DNA of 43,043 bases from Saprolegnia diclina VS20. Its lineage: Eukaryota. Made by a program: the position numbers and the translations under genes. The stretch spans positions 969,560 to 1,012,602 of the forward strand of contig NW_008246073.1 in NCBI RefSeq assembly GCF_000281045.1, given 5' to 3'. Positions 23,298 to 34,300 of the stretch are shown piece by piece (within the stretch, counting starts at the first letter, position 1; each line of letters starts with the position of its first letter). The notes beneath the pieces are model-generated. The model saw only the letters and a list, made by a program, of their open reading frames with translations, did not search any database and was not told the DNA's origin.

Positions 23298-24563
23298 GCT
23301 GCTGGCCTACGCTCGCCCATGAGGCCGGCACGTACATGGGCATGGCGTACCTCGATCGAGAGCTTGGGCCACAGAGAATCCGAGGGAGGTGGATATATAT
23401 GTACTGCGGATCGCGCGGGACCACCGTCAAGAGAGAGACGAGGAGGAGGGATCGCCGCTGGCCGCGCTGGAATCGAGATATCCCAATGTGGATTTGGTGC
23501 TCAAAATTCTATTTCGAGTGGCCATCTTGAGGAGCGCATACAAATTCCAAGTCTAATTCCCCTCCGTAGTGAGCGACGGTGGTTTCGAGTGACATATGTC
23601 ACTCTCTCGAGGGGCCCCAAATCCGGTTAAAGCGCGTTCTGGATGCATGGTCTGACTCTTTTGCCCCTTGCGTTACGAACCTACGTTCGTATTACGGGGG
23701 TAAAGTGCGTTTTTTATCCAGAGACACCGCCATCCTCTTTTTATAAACGACACTCTGGTTTCGTAAGCCGGCTACGACACACCGCTGTCGGGAAGAAGCT
23801 CGAGTCGACGTCGCAGGCACACGAGGCCAAGCCGGGTCTCTTGCGACCTCGTTCGAGCGAGTCCAAGTACTGGTACTGGTTGCTGGTATCGTGCATAAAT
23901 CTGAACATGACGTCAACTCCCAGGCTGCATGGTCGTTGCGAGAAGGAGGCGGCCACCCACCGCCCCGACGCGATTGAACTAAGAACGTATTGCAGTAGGA
24001 AGTTTGTCCCGACTGCGCTCCGTTGGGACCTTCAGCTGGTAAGACTTTGCGACGACTGGAGCGCACGAGGCGGTGTGTAGACCAAAGACAATGTGTGCAC
24101 AGTTAAGATCGCGTTGCCGTGACGTTGAACCCAGTGGACCAATCAAGTGGCGCGCTCACAAAGTATCTTGCAAGTGCACGCTGCCCGCACGGTGCGTAGG
24201 AAGCAAACAAGGGCACTGTACAATAGTAGAATAGTTAGTCGATCGTCGCGATCATGCCGATTGTCACGAAGACGGCGAGCGAAGCTCGTCGCTGCGAGTG
24301 GACACGGTGCAGTTGTAGTGTAGCGGGGGTGGAAGTAGGTTAAATTCCCGTGATGGCGTGCGTTAATCGCACCGCGACGCGTCAAACGCAGCGCTGCCGT
24401 CGAAAGGCAGTGCAGTTGTATTACTCACGCTCGCCGCACACTATTTCAACATTATTTCGCGTTTCCAGCATATGGTTTGTATAGCCGACACTCGGGTGTC
24501 GGGTAGGTGACCCATCCGGATGGGCCGTGAATAGCCCATCGACATGCATTTGAAAAGATTTGC

Positions 24564-25804
24564 ATGAACACCCCGACGCTGTCGGCCCGCGAGCGACAGC
24601 GGCTCCGGTCCCGCGAGCACAGCCGGCTGCACCGCCAGCGCGAAAAGGTAGGCGCCAATGATGAGCGCGACTGATGCAGCGGCTAGGACAACCTCGTCGC
24701 GCTCGCGACGACCGTTGCGCAGCTGGAGCGATACGTCGACCAGATGAAGCGCCCAGAAGTCGCGCGCCGTCTGGAGCAGCTTCGCCGGCTCCTCTACACG
24801 AGTTCGGCGTACGAGAAGCACAACAGCGTGCTGCGCTTAATGCTGCTGCAGCGACAAACGATGCTGCTCGGGCTCCTCGCCAAGCTTGTACGACGTCGTC
24901 CATGCAATCGCCTCCGTAGCGTCATCGTCTTGGTGTAGCCGACGCTGCCGCACGAAGACGCGCGGCTGTACGACACGACATATCTCTTCACACGCATGCG
25001 CGACGTCATCACACGCATCAACGACAAGCACAGTCTTCCGACGGACCCGGCCTCGACCTGCCATGTGCTGCAGAACTGGACGCTCATGGCGTCGACGACC
25101 GAGCCCGACCACGTACGCCGATGCCCCTCGCTCGCCTGCTTATGGGATCGTATATAGCTGTGGTACGTGCTCGACAAGGTTCTTCCGTACCATGACGTGG
25201 CGGCGGTCGCCGAGTGCATATGGCAAGCGTACACCAACAGCGCTCGGTTCCTCTCGCTCTTTGAGGCCTTCCGCGACCACTCGGTAGTCATCCTTCTGTG
25301 CGCTACTCGTCTAGAAGCTATCACGGAACAGGTCATTTCTCGCTTTGGCGACTCGTTTGTCGTCATGCGGCTCGAGATTGAAGGGATCGTGCAGCACCGC
25401 GTGTCCAAGCCCAAGACGATTTACCAAGTGTGCTTCAAGCACTACGTACAAGAGACCGGGTACCGACGCTCGATGCCGACGAGCACGAGCACGCACTGCA
25501 GAATCGTCATGCGTAGGACAATCAATATCTACTACATGGGTCTGGCGCCTGGCACGCTCGAAACGACCTCCAACATTGGCTCGTACGCGTCGACCTCGGC
25601 GATGATTTCACTCATGCATATCGGCGTAGCATTCATGTCGTGCCATTGACAGGCCGGCGCTATCTGCACAAGTGCGTCGGCGCCTACCCGCTGCAGTCAA
25701 GTGAGCCCGCCGAAGTCGACGGTCTCATCAAGATGCAGCTCTTTATGATTTCGCGGTGGCAGAAGATTCAAGATAGCACGTTAGGGACGCTGCTCGAATC
25801 GTAA
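24564..25804 (+). CDS. bZIP-like basic-region/coiled-coil protein with a C-terminal globular (possibly START-like) domain (multi-exon; not shown whole in the ORF track)
   Basis: Exon 1 (24564-24647) reads MNTPTLSARERQRLRSREHSRLHRQREK. After intron 24648-24686 comes DNLVALATTVAQLERYVDQM with Leu heptads. Further GT-AG-joined exons end LFMISRWQKIQDSTLGTLLES*. The START-like label is an inference from resemblance to oomycete basic-helix/START-type proteins. Confidence 0.65.
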
Positions 25805-25896
25805 ACCGCATAAGGGTATCGGATAGATGTGGATATCCCCTTGCTACTCAAAGCCGAGTGGATGACAGCCACTACTGCTATTATCGTCTAAACTAG

Positions 25897-26843
25897 CTAG
25901 CTGTGTACGGTCGAAGGCTTGCGAATGTCAAACACCATTGGTGCGTTCGTCGGCTGCTCGAGCGCCGTGCAGATGGCTGCGTTCACAAATGTTGTGGCGC
26001 CCAGCGTCTTGTGCCCGTACGACGCCTGCGCCATGCCAAAGACGTGAAAGGTTGGGCGCAGTGTGCTCAACACCGCCTTCAACAGCTCTTCGTGCCCCAC
26101 GTGGTGGCCTGTGAACGTCGTGTCCAGGATGCCAAGCGGCGGCATGGGCGTCACGAGTATGTCGGTGGACCGTGGCACGTCTCGCCACTCGAGCGACACG
26201 CTAGAACGGCCATACGTATACGAGATGCGAGAGACGGCGTGTACCTGGAGGCGCCAAAGAATCGAATGGACTCGATTGTCAAGCTTTCGTCGAGAAGCAC
26301 GGTGGCGCTCGGGAGGAGGATGGTCAGGTCCAGCGACCGCTCGTGCTCGCCCGGCACGACGAGCTTGTGCGCATGCGGTAGCCCCGAGAGCCATGCGTTG
26401 AACCTAGTACATGTCATTAGACATGCTGCGTATGGCTCGTGGAGAGGCTACGCTTCGGCTTCGTCATGGCGGCCAGACTTGGTGCAGCCGCCGGCCACGA
26501 GCAGCACGTCGCCATGCGGGACGTCGATAAATGTGTGCTTGCCGTGCGTGTTGGCGATGCACACGATGCGAACAGCGTCGGGCTGCGGTGGCATCGCGAG
26601 AAGGTACGACTCGCGGCGCGTGTGGAGGCCGACGGCGCGCACGAGCTTGCGCCAGAGAACGAGCCCGCCAAAGCCAAAGCTGACGATCGCCAAGGGTGTG
26701 CTAACGTGCGAGAGGCTGTAGGCCATGGCCAGCATCGCGGCCAAGATGGCAGACGAGAGGCCCATGAAGAGCGGGACAGGCGGGATGACGCCGCCTTGGA
26801 CCGCGAGGAGCCGCAGGATCGGCGCCAGGACGATCCGGTCCAT
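25897..26843 (-). CDS. Membrane-anchored calcineurin-like metallophosphoesterase-fold protein (MPPED-like), predicted catalytically inactive; 3 exons
   Basis: Two N-terminal hydrophobic helices, then RIVCIANTHG, GDVLLVAGGCT, FNAWLSGLPHAHKLVVPGEHE, DILVTPMPPLG, LRPTFHVFGMAQASYG, TTFVNAAIC and PMVFDI, collinear with the MPPED family. Two GT-AG introns restore an open frame. Confidence 0.85.
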
Positions 26844-27665
26844 GATGACGCAAATTTGAAATATTTTTATTACACACGGTTGTAATTAAATACGGTCTTT
26901 ACTTCTGGCACATTGCCACAAGTAGGCAAACGTCGTAAATGTGGCAAACGGCCATAATCAAGCCAAGTAAATGTGGGACGTGGCACAACACTGGAGGAAA
27001 ATCCACCGAGCTGATATTTCGGTCGTCGTCGTATCGAGAGAGAGAGACCGACTGGCGTGACAGCCAGTCGACATCGACAGGTAGTCGATACCGACTAACT
27101 AAAGAAGAGCGTCGAGCTGGCATCGGATGCGAGCTTATGCGGCCAGCGTGGGACGCAAGGAGGCCGCACCGCCGCCGCGCGTTTTCCTAGCCGACACTGA
27201 ACGTTTCTATACCTCTTGCTTTTATCGAAACCGTCTCATTACTCACCCAATCTTTCGTCTTCGTCTCGTTTGGCGAACCGCAAAGCCGACGGCGGCAACC
27301 CAAAGGTCTTTGGCGCAAGCGTGCTTGGTATAGAGTGTAATGTAGGACAACTGTGCATTTAGAAAGGACTCGACTAAGTTTCGTTATGTCCATGCAACGT
27401 GCGGTTTCGTTGCAGTAGATACAAGTATGCGTTGTCCAAACAGCCTTCAAGCTCTCTGCGGTACCAGTGACCGTTCCCGCAAACGCGTGGCAATCCTGCA
27501 CGCATCGGGATAATTGGATAGAAGTATCCAACAGTGTTGGATAGTCCAGATCATGCTAATCGTCGCTCGGCGCGAAGACTCGAAGCGTTTGATTTCTCAG
27601 CTTGATATTTGTCGAGCAATTCGGCGGGAACGCCAGGGACAGTAATGCAAAACGCCAGTGCCGGG

Positions 27666-27840
27666 TCCGGATACGCAGTTCAAAATTTGAAAAAGAGTGG
27701 GACCTGAATTTTGTTGGCGGAGGTCCAGTCATCCGGATAGCCCGGATCGTATCCGTAGTCCGGATAAACCTGCAGAAAACCATACCCGCGGTGGCCGACC
27801 ATACGCAAACGAAGCCAAGCGTGTTCTTCGTGTCCGGATA
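27666..27840. repeat. Cluster of four TCCGGATA octamers upstream of the KIX/TAZ gene
   Basis: Copies start at 27666, 27732, 27759 and 27833; a further copy is at 14334, upstream of Ku80. Confidence 0.6.
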
Positions 27841-28099
27841 CGCTGCCCCCAGAATGTAATGTCTCCTTTCCACAACAAGAAACCATCTGCCACAAGCGTT
27901 GTCGGCGGGTCCCCCAGAGTACGAGCGGCGCCGCGACTCCGCCCTTCCCCGTGCCTTCCAGCTTGACCGCCGCCACGAGAGGTATGAGGCTAACGATGCA
28001 CGCTGGCGCGGGCTACCGAAGGATGCCATGCATGCCCCGGCCCGCGCCGGCTATCGTGCGAACTCGGCCGCTCATGTGTATGCTGCTGTAGCCACGTTG

Positions 28100-31000
28100 A
28101 TGGACCCCAAGTTTGCGGACGACGACCTTCTATTTAACACTTCGATGGGGGGCAACGGGACAAACCCGAACGTGAACCTCTTTGGGAACGCCTTCTCGAT
28201 GCCATCGGCGCCGGCGAATCCGCCGGCCAATATGATGAACCCCGCGCTGTACAACTCGATGAGCATGCAGAGCATGATGGCCATGGGCTCCAACTCGATG
28301 CCGATGATGTACAACGCGATGACGAACAGCAACAGCAGCGCCTCGAACGACGACGCCGCGATCCAGTTCCCAGCCGAGCTCATGACGACGTCGCCAAGCC
28401 GGAACCCGGCGACGGGCCAAGCGCCGGCCAACATGGCGGGCCTCAACGCGATGGCCGACCCGATGATGCAGATGAACCAAATGGGCATGAACCCGATGAT
28501 GGGCGGCGGCATGCCCAACATGTACGGCATGGCGCCCAACATGCCGCCGAACCTGTACATGATGCCGCCCCAGCAGCAGCAGCAGTACCTCTGGCAGCAG
28601 CAGCAACAGTACCTCCAGATGATGCAAGCCAACATGATGATGCAGCAGCAGCACCAGCACCAACAGCAGGCCGGCATGATGCACAATCAAGCGCCCGCCG
28701 GGCACCTCGCGCAGCACAGCGCGATGCCGATGCCGATGACGACGTGGCAGACGACGGCCGACAATGCGATGCGGAAGGAAGTCATTACGCGCATCGTCCA
28801 GTTTCTGCAGATGCAAAAGCCCAACGCGCCGCAGGACTGGATGAAGCGGCTGCCACAGATGGCCAAGAAGCTCGAAGAGGCTTTGTACCGCAAGGCAACG
28901 TCGAAAGCCGAGTACAACGACATGAGCACGCTCCAGTCGCGCCTCCACGTTGTCGCGCAAGAGTTCAAGACCAAGACGACGATGGCCAACAACAGCAACG
29001 CGGCGACGCCCAAGCCCGCGGGCGAGTGGCGCTCGCAAGAGGACAACCCGCTCCGACAAGACCTCATTGGGCGCATCGTCAACCTCCTCAAGGCGCAGAA
29101 CCCGTCCGCGACGCCCGAGTGGATTGGCCGCCTTCCGCACATGGCCAAGAAGCTCGAAGATATGCTGTATCAAAAGGCGGCGTCCAAGGCCGAGTACGGC
29201 GACCTCTCGCGGCTCAAGGAGCGGCTTCAGGAAGTCGCGACCGAGATCCACAAGACCAACCACCAGCAAGCCAAGGAGAAGACGCCGACCGCCAACAACG
29301 GCAACAACAACGGCAACACGAATGGCATGCCACCGACAAACGTCGGGCCGGTCGCCAACCCAGTGCCGACAGCGTCTGCGGCGCCGGCCAAGGACGGCTC
29401 GTCGTCCTTCACCGACATTGCCAAGACGATTGCGTCGTACTTGTCGCCGCGCACGATCGGCGAGTACAACCAGAAGGTGCTCTCGATGATGATGAACCTG
29501 GACCAGAACCGGCTCGTCTTGCAGCGCCAGCACATGCGGCTCATGCAGCTCAAGCACGCGAGCGAGTGCAAGCTGCCGTCCGACAAGTGCCAGCACCCGG
29601 CGTGCGCCGACATGAAGCTCCTTTGGGGCCATCTCCAGAGCTGCCACAAGAGTGAGCTCTGCAAAGCGCCGCACTGCCTCAGCTCCAAGTACGTCCTCGC
29701 GCACTACCAGCAGTGCAGCACGCCGACGTGTGTCGTGTGCCGGGCGCCGGACAACAACGCTGCCACCACGCCACCGCAACCGATGGGGCCGCCCTCGATC
29801 ATCACCACGCAGCCGCCGTACGCCTTCCAGAACCAAGCGCGGGGCATTGCGTCGACGCTGCCCGAGAAGGCGGTGCAAGAGTACCACCAGAAGGTCGAGT
29901 TTATGCTGAACGACAAGACCAAGGAGCACCACCAGTCGATTTTGCTGCGGCAGCAGCAGCGGCTCATGCAGCTCAGGCACGCGAGCGAGTGCCAGCTCGA
30001 GCACAACTGCCCAACGCCGGCATGCCACGAGATGAAGCCGCTGTGGCGCCACCTCCAGAGCTGTCGGCAGACGGAGAACTGCCCGACCGCGCACTGCCTC
30101 AGCTCCAAGTATGTACTTGCGCACTTTCAACAGTGCATGAAGCAGCAGTGCGCCGTGTGCCAGCCCGTACGTCTCGCGCAGCAACAGCAGCAGCACGCGC
30201 AGCAGCATGCGCAGAAGCAGCAAGCCCACTTTCAACAACAGTACCAACAGCAGCTCCAGCAGCAAATGCACAGCCAGCAGCAGCACCAACAGCAGCAGCA
30301 CATGCAGCAGCAGCACGCCCAGGCCCAAGCTCAGGCCCAGGCCCAAGCCCAAGCCCAAGCCCATCATCAGCATCAGCAGCAGCAGCAACAACAACATCAC
30401 CAGCAAGCGCAGGCTCAAGCACAAGCACACGCGCAGGCTCAAGCCCAAGCACACGCACAAGCGCAGGCATCAGCGCAGGCTTCGGCGCCGGTCAAGGACG
30501 AGCCGGCGAGCGGGAGTGCCACGAGCAAGGAGCGCATCCGTCAGTTCACGGACAAGGCCAAGGCGATCGCGTCGATGCTGACGGCCAAGACGACGCAGGA
30601 CTACCACACCAAGGTCGTTGGCATGATGCAGCCGCGCAATGTGCTCCAGAACCAGACGATCCTCGAACGGCAGCAGCAGCGCCTCTTGCACCTGCGCCAC
30701 GCGCTCTTTTGCACGCTTGACAAGTGCAATGCCGCCCACTGCGCCGAGATGAAGAAGCTCTGGGCGCACATCAACCAGTGCAAGAAGAGCGACGCGTGCG
30801 CGTTTGCCCACTGCCTCAGCTCCAAGTATGTGCTGAGCCACTTTCAGCAGTGCACGAACCTCACGTGCGTCGTGTGCGAGCTCGTGCGCAACCCCGTCGA
30901 GATGGACAAGCTCGTGGCCGAAGAGGCGCGGGAGCAGGCACCCCCACCGTCGTCGTCGTCGTCGACGACGACGACGACCGACGCCAAGAAGCGGCCGCTC

Positions 31001-31246
31001 GAGTCGCCGGACGAGGCGCACGTGGCCAAGAAACCGAAGGAAGAAGCGTCGCTCTCGCCGCCACTGGCGCTCGCAGAGCCCGAGACGTCGGAAGATGGCC
31101 TCTTTGACTGTCCGCCCGAGCTGCTCAAGGACGACATGAAGGACGACGACGGGCTGAACGGCTTCATGGCCGACCTCGACGCCGACCTCGACGAGTACGA
31201 CCCGGACGAGTTTGGCACGCTCCTCATGACGGACGATACAATATAA
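28100..31246 (+). CDS. CBP-derived protein with two KIX-like and three TAZ zinc-finger domains, no bromo/HAT domain (~1048 aa, intronless)
   Basis: Two WQ/WR...RIV..L..Q.P.A...W..RLP.MAKKLE..LY.KA.SKAEY repeats and three L[KR]HA..C...C...C..MK.LW.H...C...C..AHCLSSKYVL.H[FY]QQC....C.VC repeats. Also M/N/Q-rich and (QA)n tracts and an acidic C-terminus. First ATG at 28100. Confidence 0.92.
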   Translation: MDPKFADDDLLFNTSMGGNGTNPNVNLFGNAFSMPSAPANPPANMMNPALYNSMSMQSMMAMGSNSMPMMYNAMTNSNSSASNDDAAIQFPAELMTTSPSRNPATGQAPANMAGLNAMADPMMQMNQMGMNPMMGGGMPNMYGMAPNMPPNLYMMPPQQQQQYLWQQQQQYLQMMQANMMMQQQHQHQQQAGMMHNQAPAGHLAQHSAMPMPMTTWQTTADNAMRKEVITRIVQFLQMQKPNAPQDWMKRLPQMAKKLEEALYRKATSKAEYNDMSTLQSRLHVVAQEFKTKTTMANNSNAATPKPAGEWRSQEDNPLRQDLIGRIVNLLKAQNPSATPEWIGRLPHMAKKLEDMLYQKAASKAEYGDLSRLKERLQEVATEIHKTNHQQAKEKTPTANNGNNNGNTNGMPPTNVGPVANPVPTASAAPAKDGSSSFTDIAKTIASYLSPRTIGEYNQKVLSMMMNLDQNRLVLQRQHMRLMQLKHASECKLPSDKCQHPACADMKLLWGHLQSCHKSELCKAPHCLSSKYVLAHYQQCSTPTCVVCRAPDNNAATTPPQPMGPPSIITTQPPYAFQNQARGIASTLPEKAVQEYHQKVEFMLNDKTKEHHQSILLRQQQRLMQLRHASECQLEHNCPTPACHEMKPLWRHLQSCRQTENCPTAHCLSSKYVLAHFQQCMKQQCAVCQPVRLAQQQQQHAQQHAQKQQAHFQQQYQQQLQQQMHSQQQHQQQQHMQQQHAQAQAQAQAQAQAQAHHQHQQQQQQQHHQQAQAQAQAHAQAQAQAHAQAQASAQASAPVKDEPASGSATSKERIRQFTDKAKAIASMLTAKTTQDYHTKVVGMMQPRNVLQNQTILERQQQRLLHLRHALFCTLDKCNAAHCAEMKKLWAHINQCKKSDACAFAHCLSSKYVLSHFQQCTNLTCVVCELVRNPVEMDKLVAEEAREQAPPPSSSSSTTTTTDAKKRPLESPDEAHVAKKPKEEASLSPPLALAEPETSEDGLFDCPPELLKDDMKDDDGLNGFMADLDADLDEYDPDEFGTLLMTDDTI

Positions 31247-31341
31247 GTGAAGACGCGTGGTGTAGTTTTATTAAGGTAGGCAAGAGAACAACGAGACAGA
31301 CGACGACATAACAACGTGTGTTTGAGTCTTATCGTTAGGTC

Positions 31342-34300
31342 TTATACCGCGACCAACTGCGTCCGTGGGGCCGCCTCCACGGCGTCGCCAAAGAGGTGGG
31401 TTAGGGGTATAGGACTCGCCGGTGTCCTCGCGCTTGCCCACGTTAGTGTCACCGACCATGGCACCGAAGGCCCTTCGACAGTGAGCGTGAGCATGTGAGG
31501 AAGTCCCTCCCGCAGCGCAATCGGGGAGGTTGTGACGACGTGGTCGTCGACACGAAGCTGCGCCGTTGCGGTCGTCGGTAGGCCCTGAACGCTAATTGTG
31601 TAGAGCTCGGAGAAGCCACCAAGAAGGAACCCGGTCCAGACGACCTTGGCGTACCCGTCATTGCGCCAAGTTGCATCGAGCCGCGTCACATCGGGTTTGG
31701 CGCTCGCGACGCGGCCATAGTAGTGCCCGATCAAACCGCGACTGGCTTTTGAGAGCAAGTCGACGCGCGTCTCAAACAAGCCGGGGAGCGGCAGCTGGTA
31801 GTACGCCACGTACGACCCGTTGAGATTGTCGACGATCGTAGCGACGCTCGTGGCGGCCCCGCGAAAGCTCACGCGGAGGATATCGCCGCCGAGGCGGACA
31901 GCGTTGCCGTACGCGTCATAGAGCTGGAGGCCAAACGCCCGCGTTTCGAGCGCTGGGTGCAGTGTCGTTGAAATGGCCGTTGTCGCTGACGCCGGTATCG
32001 ACGGTAGCACCACCGGAGCATACGCCGATGGCGAGTACAAAGTACTACCGAGACGCACCTCGATCGTATACGAGATGGCGACACGGACAAGGCACGAAGC
32101 GGTGACGACCTCTGCCGCCGGTGTCACGACACAGACCACCGACAACGGCGCCAACGTGACTGTCACTGTCGTTGCTGTCGAAGGCGCAACGTTGTTGTCG
32201 TAGGCGTCCCGAAGCTGCACAACAAAGGTAAGCGGCTCGCCGGCGACGCCACCGAGCAGACCATCGCCCGAAAAAACGCTCTGCGCCAGCACGGGGGACG
32301 CAGCGACGACCGAGAACGCGACGGGGGCAGCGCCGAGGCGCCAGAGACTCCGGGCGTACGCGCCAGGGCTCAGTGCGCTGTCGACGGGCGTGGCGTTGAC
32401 ACCGATCGTCATCGAGGCCGTCGGTGCTGTCTTCCACGCTGTCAAGCAAAGTGTGTACGACCCATTCTGGTGGTCGGCCACGACCACGGACGTCGACGTC
32501 CCCTCGACATGCACACCGACGCCGTCGCCCCCTTGCCCCCGCGCGTTGCCAAATCTGTCGTTGGCGATAATGACCAAGGTCACGGGCGACCCGGCAACCC
32601 ATGTGGGTGGCAGTGGCGACGCGATACTGAATTGCGGTGGTGCCGACGCCTCGGGGTAGACGCGCAGTATCGGCGTGAGGCTGTTGATGCGCCATCGCGC
32701 AAACAAGGCCGTCGGTGGAATCAACGCCATCGGTGTCGAGAGGCTAGCCCACTGCACCTCAAACCGCGCGTTGGTTTCGTTTGTCTTTGCAAACAAAACC
32801 GAGCACGGTACTAGCTCGGATGCTGTCATAGTATGTGTGAACGTGGCTCTTGTCGACGACGTGAGGTTGAGACGCAGTGCGCCATCGAGATAGACAGCCA
32901 GTGCACCGACGACGTGCACAGTAAACGTGTACAACTCGGTGGTCGGTGCCGCCACGTAGCCTTCCCAGCGTACGCTGAACGTCGACATACTGTCGGACGG
33001 TGACGCGGCGGTCGCACCGAATTCGAAGCGAAGCGGTTGCTGCAGCAGAAGAGCCCCTCCGCCGAGGCCTACGGGGTTGGCAATGATCGTGGCGTTGCCG
33101 CCGCCAGGAAGAAAGATGGACGGATGGAACGCGTAGACGCTCGCAACGGTCGGTGTCCATGAGACTAGAGTCGTCGAGGTGTCAACCGGCTGCACCGTCG
33201 GCCGCACGATCGTCGAAGCCGAGACGAGCTCGGGCGTGCCAAAGCGGTACCACTGCCGTAGCGTCGGGTTGCCGTAGACATCCCGCGGGGCGAGCACGGC
33301 GACGATGGGTGCGCCTGCAATGAATGGCAACGGCGTCACCACCGTTGCTGTTGTTGTTACGAGGTCAGCGACGTTGGGGTAGATCTGAATGGTAAATGGA
33401 CTGCCTTGGATCTCGGTGGTCGTTGCGTCAATCGCGACATGGAGGGCGTAGGCGCCGGCGATCGTGAGCGTGTAGCTGACGTTGTAGAGGCCACGTCCGA
33501 GGCTCGTTACGAGCGACGTGCCAACGGCAACGGCGGACGTCGACGCGTTGGCAAAGCTGACAAAGATCGCGTCCGTACTCGACCGGTTGTTGCCATAGGC
33601 GTCCCGCGCCTGCACGAGAAGCCACGTTGGCACTCCAGCGATACCATACAAGAGACCGCTGCTACCCGGCGCGGACAGCGCGACCGAGACACCGGCAGTG
33701 ACGACACCGGTCGTGACCGCGACGGCAAAGGGACTCTGCTGGATCGGAAGGCCGTTGACCGTCACGACGAGTGACATGGCCGACGTGGCGTTGGTGGGCG
33801 TGTAGCTGCACTCGTATGTGCCGTCCAGGCGGTTGACGCAACTCGGCGACACGAGCAGCGACGTCGACGTGACGGCAACGGTCGCGGCGCCGGAGGAAAT
33901 CAGGTTGCGATTGACGTCGCGGAGCTGAACCGTAAACGTTGCCGGGACCCCGGTCGTGGATGCAGTAGTGCCGGTGGTGCCTATGCATTATCATTGGTGC
34001 ATCAAGCGACGATGTTGACAGGCGCAAAGTACCGCTGATGACGCTGCATGACGGGCCATACGCCACGTTTGGAACTACCATGATACTGTACGGACTCTGG
34101 GCCACGTGCAGCTGCGCAATCGTGACCGCGACCGAGTAGGCGCCAATGAAACGCGCTGTGTACGTGGCTGCGTACGTGCCGTCGCCAGCGTCGACAACGA
34201 CACCGAGATCGACGCGACCACTTGCGACGTGGGTCGCACGGACTTGAAAGACGGCGCCGCCCGTCGACTGTAGATTCCCGTACAAGTCGACGCCCCGCAG

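Noticed and set aside
27899..28099. Upstream in-frame extension of the KIX/TAZ ORF
   Set aside because: The ORF-track start is a non-ATG codon. An in-frame ATG exists at about 28028, but the ATG at 28100 (MDPKFADD) aligns with the CBP start (MDKAFATD).
28072..31314. Long minus-strand ORFs, including one of 776 aa
   Set aside because: They are antisense shadows of the GC3-rich KIX/TAZ gene with no independent motifs.
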